A DNA stretch of 64,000 bases, from NCBI RefSeq assembly GCF_009914755.1, contig NC_060934.1; one strand, given 5' to 3'. The notes beneath the pieces are model-generated. The model was not told where the DNA came from. It did not search any database and was given only the letters and a program-made list of their open reading frames with translations. Origin of the DNA: the human T2T-CHM13v2.0 reference genome, Homo sapiens. Both the position numbers and the translations under genes were made by a program. Below, piece by piece: positions 30,292-45,169 of the stretch; position 1 is the stretch's first letter; each line of letters starts with the position of its first letter.

Positions 30292-31494
30292 CCACCAGTG
30301 AGGACTGGCAAACAGATGTCACCATGATGCTGAAGGTTGCCAGAAACTTGAGGTATCTGCTACTATGTGTGGATACTTTCGCAAGATAGGTAGAAGTCCT
30401 TCCTACTAGGACAGAAAAAGCTTCTGAAGTAGTCAAAACCTTATTAAAATAAATCATTTCTAGATTTGGACTGCCATCCTCAATGCAAAGTGACAGTGGA
30501 GCAGCCTTCATTGCTAGAATGACACAGGAAATCTCTGGAGCTCTGAAAGTACAATGGAAACACCATTCTTCAAGGAGACCCCACTCCACAAGAAAGATAG
30601 AAAAGATGAAATACACTCTAAAAAAAAGCTCTGGCTAAAATTTGTCAAGAAACTAATTTGACCTGGGATAAGCCACTGTTGGTTGCACTGCTTAGAGTGA
30701 GGGTAGACCCCACAAAGTAAGCTCCAACTGAGCCCTTATGAAATACTTTATGAGAGACCCTTCCCTCAAAATGAGCTTGACCTAGGGCCTCGGAGAGATG
30801 GAGGGTAAGAGAACTAGACCTCATTAAATATGTCCAATCCCCAGGTGCCACTTTAACTGCTATTCATAAGTTTGCCTCCCGCAGGTTAAGGTCTCTTATA
30901 GATGTGCTGCTTCATCATTTGACTCTAGGAGACTGGGTGTTGCTTAAATCTTGGAAGAACAAACATTCTGAGGATCAACTGCATCCCAGGTATGTGGGGC
31001 CATATGAAGTATGCCTGGTAACTCATTTCTCTGTTAAATTATAGGGAGTCATGCCTTGGATTCACCACTCTCATGTCAAGATGGTTCCAGTTCAGCAGAT
31101 TGACCTTCTCCCCACAGTCATGCCATTAGAATGGGAACTGTGCTGAGGATTTCCATAAGGGCTAAGGCCACCCCAACATCGATTGGAAGCCTACCCCTGA
31201 CACAGACTTCTCTCAGCCTCCTATTTTTGTGAGGCTTTGGCTGCTCTTAGCTGCTTTTCAAAAGAAAGCCACAAGAGAAGATATGGATGCTTCTTAGATT
31301 CTTGATTTACTTGTTGCTTGCTTTGTCCTAAATTTCTATTAATTTGTGATTTGTGTGTGTGTTACTTGAAAAATTAAATCATTTCTTCATGATCATTAAG
31401 GTTCTTCACTCCCTCTGTTAAAATTTTCCGCCCCCCCCACCGCCCCGCCACCTTCTTCTTAATGATATCCATTCACTTGCTCTAATCATAGCAT

Positions 31495-32960
31495 GGGAAT
31501 TTTTCCTTAATACAGGTTTCCCAATCTCTTGCCACTTTGGGGATTTTACTTAGTGTTGCATATGTGATCCAGGAACCTCCTCTGTACCTAATCATGCTGA
31601 TCTCCTAATTATCCCTGTGACCAATTTCTCTAGCATGCCAAATTTCATGGTGACCTATGATAAAAAAAAACAAAACAAAAACAAAAACAAAATAGGTATA
31701 ACTTATGGAGTCAGATTGGCTGATGGAGAATTGTCAGTTGCCTGTTTTCCACTAACAATTCCCACAAAGACACACCTATGCTAAGAGCTGAAAAACAATG
31801 CAAGCACAAAGAGGCCTATGCCCACATACAGCAGATATTGCCTAATGGAAGGACTGAAATCATCCATTTACATAACAACACTTACTTTTTGCTTACTGTA
31901 TCCTACCCTGTAGTCCAGAAGAGATGAACCAATGCATCCTCAAAGTACAGGTCTACACCATTATTTCAAGAATGTCTACATCATTATATTAAAGTACAGG
32001 TCTACACCATTATATTAAAGTACATGTCTACATCATTATGTGGAGAATGTCTAAACCATTATGTCAAAATATAGGTCTACACCATTATGTCAAGAAGGAA
32101 CTGAGTATACCTTCAAGGACCACCCACTTCCCTACCAGTTTGTACGACAGATGACTCCTCCTGGACACCACTATAAACTGACTCCTGGCTTGATCAAGTC
32201 CTAGATGAAATTTCCAAAAATGAGAACTTGAATTTTAACAACATGTCTAGTATTGTGTGTGCCCCCTTCAGGATATATATTTACTTGCAGAGCAAATGGC
32301 CAGTCTTGGACCTATGAATACCTTGACAGCTGTCATATAGGAGGTTTCTGTTTACTAGGGCACCTAGTCACTCCTTTCTTTATCAATAATGTTAGTGATG
32401 CCAAGCATTGGACTAGTACCATAAAACTATATGCAAGAGCCAAGATTTATGTTAGATACCCTACCCAGTAAATATTTGCCAGGCAGCTTATCGCATGGGG
32501 CATGATATTTCTTCAGGTGAACTCTGTTAACTAGGTGGGGTGTGCAGTTCATGAACACATGATTAGAAATCTTTCCAACACCCTGGCAAGGCTTACCAAT
32601 GAGACCACCTTACCCACAGTGGCAAAACAGAGGGTATAGATTCTTTGGTTAAAATAGTATAGCCATGGAGTGGCTCTTGATTGTATACTGGCCGAGTAAG
32701 GAGTTGTTTGTGTAGTAGTTAACACATCATGTTGCGTTTACATTAATACCACTGCAGAAGTTGAGATACATTTGGAGAAAATCGGACAAGAAGCCACCTG
32801 CCTTAACCAAGTATCTAACAAAGAACCAAGGTTCTTCTACTTCATAATCTTTTCAGTTGGCTTCCCCAAGATATTGGATCCTTCTTCTGACCTGTATTGC
32901 AACTTTTCCTGATTATTCATTTCCTCCTGTGTGTTATGAGAATAATGTTCAATTTCTTAA
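31495..32960 (+). pseudogene. ERV env remnant (gamma-type SU/TM)
   Basis: CVPPSGYIFTC...CLLGHL (ORF 32253); TM heptad IRNLSNTLARLTNET; ISD-like VALDCILAE*GVV followed by CX6CC (CVVVNTSCC at 32709-32735); hydrophobic anchor ~32890-32940. Confidence 0.85.
31943..32097 (+). repeat. Minisatellite: six copies of a GTCTACACCATTAT core with 23/26-bp period
   Basis: Cores start at 31951, 31974, 32000, 32026, 32049 and 32075. Confidence 0.9.
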
Positions 32961-33784
32961 CTCTCTGGTGCTGAAAATGTCTCTTTCCCAGAACCGGGTT
33001 GAAACTTCTGAAATGTAAGCTTAATACCAGGGAACTCCCACAGCAAAGTGCTAAACAATTTCATTTCTCTAAGGTCAATGCTCCTGGTCAGCAGAAAGTA
33101 CCTAGAATGGTCATCATCACAAGATTGAGGAATGATTAAAAGACAGGGGGCACTGAAACATGCCCCAGGGTTAGAAAATTTGTTAACTAGCAAAATTTCT
33201 CGAGCTTGTTTTGCAACACAGTGAAGATAACAAGCAGAGAAGAAAACAGATTGTTAAAATCCCCGGGATTTGCAACAAAGTTGGCTGGCAGGCTGAGACC
33301 GGTTGGAACCAACATGGCTGACTACAGTCTGCACAGAGTAGATTTACTCACCCCATGAGGGACCTTTTGACACCAGAGGGCTGAAAACTTAACCTCCAGA
33401 TCATGCTAACGCTGCCATTTTTTGAACATGCAAGGCATAAAGAAGCATGTAGGGTCAACAGCACATGCCCAAGTCACTTTCCAAATGCCGTTTCTTTCCA
33501 GACCCAAAGCCCCACCCTCAAAATGTCTCCCTAAAATTTATGTTGACAAGGACAGTAAGGGGAGACCAACTTGAGCGTTTCCTCCCGTCTCCTTGTCAGT
33601 CCACTCACAAAAACCTTTCTCGCTGCAAAACCCGGAGCTTTGGTGTTTAGTTTTCTGTTGCTTATGGGCAATTGGACTCAGTTTGGTTTGATCACAATAT
33701 GAGTATACATCATGCAGGTTCCTGACCATTCTGGGCTTTTCCTCTGGAGTTCTTCAGTACTCTGCCTCAAAAAGAACGAGCATT

Positions 33785-34357
33785 GTTGTTTATAGTAGTT
33801 CTATTTTTAGATTTTTGAGGAATGTCTATATGGTTCTCCGTAGTGGAATGATGATATGATCCAGCATCCCCTTGCTGGGTAAGTAACCAAAAGAAAGAAA
33901 ATCAGTATATCAAAGATATGTCTGCACTCCCATGTTTTTTTGCAGCACTATTAACAATAGGCAAAATATGGTATTATCCTAGGTGCCCATCAATGGACGA
34001 ATTGATAAAGAAAATGTGGCATATATACATAATGGAATATTATTCTGCCATAAAAAAGAATGATAGCCTGGTATTTGCAACAACAGGGATGGAACTTGAG
34101 GACCATATGTTAAGTGAAATAAGCCAGGCACAGAAAGAAAAATGTCACATGTTCTTACTCATATGTGGGTGCAGTAGATTTGGAATGTTCCCACTGCAAA
34201 GAAATGATAAATATTTGAGGTCATGGATATCCTAGTTGCTATGAATATCCCAGATGTGATCATTACACATTGTATGCTTGTGTCAAAATATCACATGTAC
34301 CCCATATATATGTACAACTACAATTAGCTCATAAAAATTAAAAATTAAAAAAATTAG
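33785..34357 (+). mobile_element. L1MA-like 3' end with short 5' inversion
   Basis: Antisense piece ~33790-33847, then sense 3' end; 16-bp TSD AAAAAGAACGAGCATT (33769-33784) / AAAAAGAACAAGCATT (34358-34373). Confidence 0.88.
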
Positions 34358-34479
34358 AAAAAGAACAAGCATTACAATATCTTGAATGATCTTTCCTATA
34401 GTTACATTTTACAACATAGGTTCTTATCAGAATCTTTTCAAATATAAATAGGAAATAAGGCATCTTTTTAAAATTTATC

Positions 34480-35530
34480 ACAAAATTACAGGTTTCTCAT
34501 ATAAAATGCAGATAGACTATACGTAAATAATAATATGGAATAACACAATATAAATATCTTTGAACCTTTCTTTTCCTACTTAACAACAGCTATAACGTCT
34601 TTCTCTGTTAATAAAGCACCTCTTTAGCATCTGTGTATATCTACCAAGGGTTTGTATAAATCTTTCATCATTGGATTTCAGGTTGCTTACAGTATTTTGC
34701 TATTATAAATAATGCTGCCATAAACATTTATGCTAAATGTTTCCACACTCATTCTGGTTTTTTTTTTTAAGAAAAAATTTCTACAGAAAAAAAAGTTCCA
34801 TGTTAAAGGTTATGTAAATGTTATGAGTCTTAATACTGCCAAATTGCCTCGAGAGAGACTTGTGTTGATTGCTACTTCTCCCAGCAGTGCAGTACTTGAG
34901 TCCCTAATATCACACACCCGCCCAATCAGGCGCCTTGTCTTTGCCACTTTGGTAGATGAGAAATTGTCATCTTCATATTAATTTGCATTTATTTTATTAC
35001 TAGCAAGCATATATGAACATTTTTTCACATGTATATTAGTGATTTCTATTTATTTCTACATCATTTATTCATGGCCTTAGTCCATTTTTTCTTAGAGATT
35101 ATCTTTTCCTCATGAATTCATAAGTGAAACACCTTCAATATGTTAATATTAACCCTTAATTACATATGTTTTAAACATTTACCTGTGGGTCACTAACCGG
35201 GAGGAGTACTTTGTGATATTTTGGTTAAGGTTTTTGTGTGCTCAAGTCTATTAATCTTTTTATGTAGCATCTGCCTCGATATCACAAGAGAAAGTTACTC
35301 TTCAACATAGGTTATATAAGCATTTATCAATAATTCGTATTATGTTACTTTTATTATTTCATTTTAAATATTTAATATATTATAGAGTTAATTTTGGTAT
35401 AAAGTATCAAATAAGGATACGATGTGAATCTTTCCCCAAATGGTTAGCCAATAACAACATGCTAAACATATAATCAGTTTTTGGTTCACTGACATGATTT
35501 TCCAACTTTGTTATATAAAACTTGTTCTAC
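34480..35530 (-). mobile_element. Old L1ME-like fragment
   Basis: Antisense motifs TTTTGCTATTATAAATAATGCTGC and TTAATTTGCATT. Confidence 0.7.
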
Positions 35531-36745
35531 TCAATGGAGTAATAGAAGATTGAGTAAAAGGGGAGTATACCTTATAGAAAGCTAACAATAGTAGAAATAT
35601 CTCTAAATATGATACATAATCTAGTTTTTCTAAAACTTTGAGTGTTTGGCAATGTATATACAATTACTAAAAGCCTAGATTAGAATGAAATTAAATCATA
35701 AAATAAATTTTCATAGTTATTTGTTATCACTCAGTTCTAGTTTCTAGTTCTCTCAGTTTACTTGAAATGACTTTTATGAAGCAGAGGAACCTGATTGGGA
35801 AGAAAATTTGCCAGTGTTAAGCTTGAACAGGTAATTGAGTTTCTGACTTAAATAGTATCTTATTAACTTCCTTGAAATATTAATAAGAAATGTTGAACAT
35901 CAAAAATCTTCTCTTGATAAAAGAGTTTTCATTGTTGCTATTAGTAACTATGTAAATTTGAATTAATGGAAACATTTTTAACATATTCTTGCAGAAAATT
36001 TTAAGCACAAACAGAAGTAGAGAGACTAAAATAATAAGCCTGATATACTCACCACCCATCTTCAACAATTTTTAAACTCCTGGATAGGATTTGGTGTTTA
36101 CCATAAAACACAAAACCATCCTCACCTAAAAATTTTCTTAAAATTTTCACTAAAATATTCATCAGTGTTCACAGATCCCAATTATCTTCTTTCCACTCTT
36201 TTTAAAACATTGCCTAGATTGACTTGTGATTCAAGTAAGTAAATACATTGTGGTTCACTGTTACATTTTTTTTCTCTTTATAGGTTTTCCTTCAATATGC
36301 TGGGTTTTTGTCTTTGCATTTTTTGTTGTTGATGTTGTTGAAGAAATTGGTTCTATTGCCATATGGAATTTCTCCACAGTCTGAATTTTGTTGATTGCCT
36401 CTCCTTAATGAAATATAATACATCGATAAGATTCAGATTCTTGTGTGTGTGTGGAGGGGGGCGGAGGGTAGTTCCACATTTCCTAAACCAGATCCAGAAT
36501 TCATTCATTTCCCTAAAAGCCCTAGTTTCTTTTAGCAGAAAATATTTCAATACCCCAATCTGGGTGTCAGTGGGGCTCAGCTGAGTTGACCATTGTTTCT
36601 TGATTTTTACAGAGTGAACCAATCAAAGAAATATCTATTTTATTAAAAGATATTTTGATGGGTCAAATTGATGTTCCAGTTCAAATTCAGGACTGCAGGT
36701 TTACATCTGTATCTCCTTTCCCTCATGGTGAAAAGCTTGGTTTTC

Positions 36746-38831
<2,086 letters not shown>

Positions 38832-39769
38832 AAAAGCTTGGTTTTCAATGATACCAACCTAATCACTCATTTGCTTTATCCCGCACCACATGTAAAGCCC
38901 TCTCAGAGTAGTTACAGCACCACCACCAACAATGTGATTATTAAAAATAGTTTACACTTTTTACAGTTCTTTTGTTTGAGTATATCCTAGTAGTAATACA
39001 TAATCAAATTACTGAGTTTTAAAGTAATTTAAAACAGTTCTTGCTATGAGATTAGGTCAACTGGATATAGGGCTAGGTTTACTTGTTTTTGGTTTTAAGA
39101 TATTGCTTTTTTCTTAATTTTATTTTATAATGATGTAAAAAAAACTTAAGGCCTCAAAGTCAAATCTTCAAAACATGGTATATTTGAAAAGGTGTAGCTG
39201 TCTCTATCACACTGTCCCTCTCTTCTTCTATAGGTAAGCTTTTTAACTTTTTATTTTTTGCTTTTATTTTATGGTAGTCTTTCATTGTTTTGTTAGTAAA
39301 TATTCATATCCATATCCCATGTCCCCACTTGTTTAGATGAACTTTAGCCTTCTTTTATTGCCTTGTTTTTTCCCTTATCAATATGTCCTGGAGATTGTTC
39401 CATAAGAGTATACAGAGAGATTTCTTATACTGTTTTACAGTACTCCATCGTGTAGATGTACAATAGTTTATTCAACATCCTCCATTCAATTTATCACCTA
39501 TTGATGGATATTTGGATTGATCCTAGTCTTTTCTATTATCCCTAATGCTATAATAGTCTCATGCATCTTTTCAAATGTTTGCCAGTGTTTCTTCATGATA
39601 TATCTCTGCAAATGTAATTGCTGGATCCAAAGGTAAATACCTATGCAATTTTGCTAGATATGGGAAAATCCCTCTCTGAAAAGGTTGTATTTTTTAATTA
39701 TCAGCTGCAGTATATAAAAGTGTCTACTTACCCATAGCCTTTCCAAAGAAGTATGCTGTGAGGCTTTAG

Positions 39770-40165
<396 letters not shown>

Positions 40166-40819
40166 TGAGGTTAAGCATCTTTTCATTTGGTTTAGAGCAA
40201 TTTGAATTTCTACTTCTGTCAACTGTCTTTTCATACCACTAGCATATTTTCCTATAGGGAATTTTTCTCCCTTTTCATATTTTAGGTATTGTTAACTCTT
40301 GTCTATGAGAAAGTGGAAATATTTTCCCACTTTTTTTTTTTACTGTGTTTAATTAGCCATGTAAGCTTTTTTAGTTTTGTTGAATCAAATTTGTTGTGCT
40401 TTTCTTTTATCACTTCCAGATATTGAGTCAAATTTAGGAATATTTTCCCAAATTTCATATAGAGAAATTCACTCGTGTTTTCTCCTAGTACTTATAGTTT
40501 GGTGTATTTCTCTTTCTTTTTCTTGCTCCCCACACTTATCCACTTGTATCTGTGATCCATTTGGAAATTAATGTGATATGAAATTAAAGTCTTGGTTTAA
40601 TAAGCCAAATGAAAAAGATGAAAGTGAAAACCTTTTTCATACCCAACCTACAATTTTAAAGATTTCTTTGTTTTCTCTATTTCTCCACTATACCCTTTCT
40701 TCTGTAGAGAAGGAAGAAAACAACTTGTTATATAATATGATTCAATGATGTAGTGTATTACCTTTAATTTTATTACATTAACTCAACAACAGACAGTTGA
40801 CATTCTTAAGCCCAATAAA

Positions 40820-42672
40820 CATGCTATAGAAAATAAAGATGCAAGTGGAACAAAATAGTGAGCCCAGAACCAAATTCAAACATATACTGTATTAGTCCAT
40901 TCTCACACTGCTGTGAAGAAATACCCGAGACTGGGTCATTTATAAAGGAAAGAATTTTAATTGGCTCACAGTTCTGTATGGCTGGGGAGGCCTCAGGAAA
41001 CATACAATCATGGCAGAAGGCAAAGGAGAAACAGGCACCTTCTTCACAAGGCAGCAGAAAGGAGAAGTGCTGAGCAAAGGGGGAAGAGCCCTTTATGAAC
41101 TCAGATCTCATGAGAACTCACTCACTATCATGAGAACACTATGGGAGAAACTGCCCCCATGATTCAATTACCTCCATCTGGTCTCCCGCTTGACACGTGG
41201 GGATTATAGAGATTATGGGGATTACAATTCAAGACGAGATTTGGGTGGGGACACAAAGCCTAACCATATCATATAGGGTCAACTGATTTTCAACAAGGGC
41301 ACCAAAAAGACACAATGGGGAAAGGATAGTCTTTTCAATAAATGGTGCTGGGAAAACTGGATTTCCATATGCAAAATAATGAAATTTGACCCTATCTTAC
41401 ATTATGCACAAAAATCAGCTTAAAATGGATAAAAGACCTAAATGTAAAACCTGAAACCACAAAAATTCTAGAAGAAAACATAGGGGAAAATCTCCTTGAC
41501 ATTGGTCTTAGCAATGATTTCTTGGCTATCACACCAAAAGCTTTATTTTAAAAAGCAGGAATAAATAAATAGGAATACATCAAGCTAAAAAGCTTATACA
41601 CAGAAAACAATCAACAAAATCGAAAGGCAACCCACCAATAGGAAAAAAGTAGGGCAAGCCATATGTCAGACAGGTGGCTAATATCCAAGATTTATAAAAA
41701 AACTTATTAAACTCAACAGCAAGAAAACATATAACCTGACTTTAAATTAGGCAAACTACTTGAGTAGACATTTCTCCAAAGTTGACATAAAAATGGGCAG
41801 CAGATACATGAAAAGGTACTCAACATCACTAATCATCAGGGAAATATAAATGGAAACCACTATGACATACCACCTCACACCTGTTAGGATGGCTGTTATC
41901 TAAAAGACAAGAGATAACAAGTATTAGCATGGGGGTAGGAAAAGAGACCACTTGTACAATGTCTATGGGAATGTAGACGGTGCAGTCATTACAAAAAAAA
42001 AAATGGTGGTTTTCCTGAAGAAATTAAAAATATGAGTGCCATATGACCCAGAAATTCATCTTCTGGGTGTATACCCAAAGGGAAAGAAATCACCACCTCA
42101 TAAAAACACTCCCATGTTCATTAAAGCGTTATTGCATTATTCACAATAGCCAAGATGTAGAAACAATCTAGGTGTTCATCAATGGACAAGTGGATAAAGA
42201 AACTCTGTGTGTGTGTGCGTGTGTGTGTGTGTATACACATGAAGAAGTATTATTCGATCTTTAAAAAAGAGGAGATCCTGCCATTTGTCACAACATTGAT
42301 GGACCTGGCGGACATTATGCTAACTGAAATAAGTCAAACACGGAAAGAAAAATATTGCATGATCTCATTTATATGTGGAATCTTATTTTTAAAATGATCA
42401 TAGAGAGAGAGAGAATAAATCAGTGGTTGCCAAGGTTGAGGTGGGGACAGAAAATGGGGAGATACAGGTCAAATAATACAAAGTAGCAAATACGGAGGTT
42501 AAACAAGTCAAAAAATCTAATTTACGACATGAAGATTACAGTTAATAATAGTGTATTGTATTCAGGATTTTTGCTAAATGAGTAGAGTATAGCTGCTCTT
42601 GGTGGGAGGGATAGTGGGTAGCTATGTAAGATGATAGGTGTGTTAATTTGTTCCACTATAGTAGCCATTTTA

Positions 42673-42716
<44 letters not shown>

Positions 42717-42775
42717 TGTAACATCGTGTTGCATACCTTAAATATCCACAATAAAATTTATTTTAAAAAGAAAAA
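40820..42775 (+). mobile_element. L1MA (L1MA9-like) 3' region split by a THE1 LTR
   Basis: Sense ORF2 end and L1MA 3'UTR; contains (TG)n ~42206-42232 and (TA)n ~42676-42713. Confidence 0.85.
40888..41271 (-). mobile_element. THE1D-like MaLR solo LTR
   Basis: TGTATTAGTCCATTCTCACACTGCT ... GGGGACACAAAGCCTAACCATATCA; near TSD TATAC/TATAG. Confidence 0.9.
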
Positions 42776-42904
42776 CACATGCAACACTTTTAGCTTATCT
42801 GATAACTTCCAATTATACCTCAAATGTATTATTGCTAATATCAGCACTTCCATTTTTCTATTTTCATCTCATTGTATAAAAAACATGGTGGTTTTTCCTA
42901 AGTC

Positions 42905-43480
42905 TCATTCATCATTCGTTTACTAAAGGAAGGTTTACTGAATATCTACAATGTTCCAGAAATGTCCTTCTCATTCTGGAGTTTCAGATATGTCCCTCTA
43001 TATCTCCCCCTACATACTCTGGCATGCGCTGCAATTATGAGATCAACGGCCTTTGTTGCAGATACTAAAGGAAGGGCATTATATTTCTTGGGTATGTTTT
43101 AGTGGTGAAAAACATTCACAAACTGCTCTAAAGGCAATTGGGAGACATTGAAGAATTTTAGCAAAGTGCTGACATGGTCAAAACGTTTGGCTGAGAATGG
43201 ATTAGAGGAAGACAAGACTGAAGATATGGAGTTAGTCAAGAATCTATGAAAGACAGCCAGTGAGAAATGCCTAGGATGGTGGCAGCAGGGATGAACAGAA
43301 ATGTCTGGATTCTAGAGAAACTTAGAAGTTAAAACTAATAGTAGATTGTGGGGTAGCGAGAGTGAGGAAAGAGCTGAGGATCACTATGTGCAACTGCATG
43401 GATGGCAGTGGCAGACACAGATCTGGAGAACATAAGAGGAGAAGGCATCTTTGTGAAGGAAGATGGTGAGGTCAGGTGGA
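42905..43480 (-). mobile_element. L2 fragment
   Basis: TCATTCATCATTC...TTTACTGAATATCTAC terminus and internal L2 motifs. Confidence 0.65.
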
Positions 43481-44854
43481 AAAGAGATTACCTGCTTAAC
43501 TGGAATGGAGGGTGATCACTAATCAACACTTGTACTATAATGCATACTGGAAGTCTTTTGTCAGTGAGATTTAGAAACAGTTCTGTGATCCTTATTGTTT
43601 AACTCAAAGGAATTAGGAATAACAGAAATTGCAAATAAGGATAGATAATTTAAGGCCAACCTGAAGAAAAGGTCAGAGTAGGTATGGAGGTGATTTTTAG
43701 GGGAGAGGTGCTTTTTGGAGCTCTTCATATCATGTGATAGAGTTAGAGGCCTATCCCTTTGCTTCTTGGATCACCCCAGTGTATACTTATTCCCACATAT
43801 GGGACATAATGTACCCCCCACAAAAGCAGTGACCTGGATTATCTTAAATGAGCCACAAAAATCAGACAAATGCAAAGAGTGTTTTCCCTGAGCTATTCAG
43901 GTTCACTGCATTCCGAGTGCATTTGTGACTGAAGTCCCCTGTGTAGTTTTGGTTATGCAGATATGGCCAAAATGCATCACTTAAACACAGCCTGGAACTT
44001 GTAAGAACGAAGACTACCTGGGCAACATAGAAGAAGATAAAATGCAAAAGTAGTCTTAAAGAAAAAATAAGTAAACCTATGTGTTCTTTCTATCAACCTG
44101 ATTTCTATTCTGAGATAGATTCATCTCAGATTGATCACTGAGTCCTTCCTTGACCGTGAAAAAGCATGATTTTGAGCCTGCAAATTTTAAAGAGCTCCTA
44201 AAAGATTTAACATAGGTCTTTTCCTAAACATAATCCACTGGATTTTCCCAAACTAGATGCCCTCTGGAAAAACTGGAAGGAAAAGAAGCATTGATCTGAA
44301 GAAATAACATAAAAGCTGTAAGGAACTCCGGAGAGATGAAAGGCCACGTGAATTGTTCTGGGAGTGACAGGGTGTTCCTCTAGGGTCAAGAGCAGCCAGG
44401 CAGCAGCAGTAAATATAGATTGGGGCAAATATTTTTAAATTCTGCTGTTATCTCAGCCTGTATTTCCTTGCAATAATCATTGCTTGTTCCTTGGCTTCAG
44501 AATCAGCAGTAACTGATTTCCATGGTTGTGGATATTCTTACAGCAGCCTTTGGGGGAGAGGAGCTGATGTGGGTGTAAGCTGACCAGTCTCCCATGGATA
44601 GTCATCAATTCAACCCCTTCTTCAAAAAAATTACAAAGCTGGTAATTTATTACCTAAAGAGACTGACATCTCACAGTCTGTTCCTGTCTAAGAATTTACA
44701 TATGAATGCCTAAACAGAGTTATTCCCTAATGAAATAAAGGAAACTGGATTCATCTGAGGGATTCTGTGATGTCTTGGGCTCTAGGGCATAACACTTTAA
44801 CCCCTCCTTCTTAACTATGGCTGACCTTCAGCCCTTCCCTAACATATATTCTCA

Positions 44855-45108
44855 TAGAGTTTTCAAACTGTAGGTATTTACCCATTAACAAGTGAATAAA
44901 TCACTTTAGTACAGAGCACTGGTATTTTTCAATAAAATCAAACCGACCAGGAAATAATACAGTGCATTGCTCAACATGATGATAAATATTTTGTAAAATA
45001 TATCAAATATATTTTAAAATATTATTTTATCAATATATATCAAGTGAGTCAAGAGGTAAAATGTATTTCTGACTGTAGAATAAAGTCAATAAAGTCTGAA
45101 ATCCCTTG
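44855..45108 (+). mobile_element. hAT-Charlie MITE (MER112-like)
   Basis: GTTTTCAAACTGTAGG...GTAAAATGTATTTCTGACTGT...AAAGTCTGAAA. Confidence 0.55.
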
Positions 45109-45169
45109 TCATCCCTAGCGAAATACAAGTTTACAGACAGCTGAGGGCTACAACTCTAAAAATAAATCA

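Larger units (their letters stand above)
28325..31090 (+). pseudogene. ERV pol remnant (RT thumb/connection, RNase H, integrase), split by an LTR and a FLAM
   Basis: GMVGFF*IWIPNF..MAKPL; TDGSSF (~28996); HHCC zinc finger HVHKSTH...CVIC (ORF 29255); core DWQTD...VDTF...SDSG...IEKM (30302-30610); WIHHSHVK at the C-terminus. Confidence 0.88.
25782..33696 (+). mobile_element. Decayed gamma-like (class I-type) endogenous retrovirus: truncated 5'LTR-gag-pol-env-3'LTR
   Basis: 5'LTR remnant 25782-~25895 matches the start of the 3'LTR (33154-33696, TG...CA). Polypurine tract AAAAGACAGGGGG precedes the 3'LTR. Near-TSD ATAC/ATAT. gag, RT-connection, RNase H, integrase and env motifs occur in order. 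Confidence 0.9.

Noticed and set aside
30031-30311. Arg/Lys/Glu-rich (protamine-like) ORF and its hydrophobic antisense ORF
   Set aside because: Translation of a FLAM monomer and its purine microsatellite tail.
31943-32097. CRISPR-like repeat/spacer array
   Set aside because: Linkers are only 9-12 nt and resemble each other; primate ERV context with no cas genes; it is a minisatellite.
31495-32960. Domesticated syncytin-like env
   Set aside because: Numerous stops and frameshifts, a poly-A/CAAAA run and a frame-breaking minisatellite; longest ORF 72 aa.
35888-35945. Second exon-like segment NVEHQKSSLDKRVFIVAI
   Set aside because: Weak acceptor and only ~57 nt from the upstream donor.
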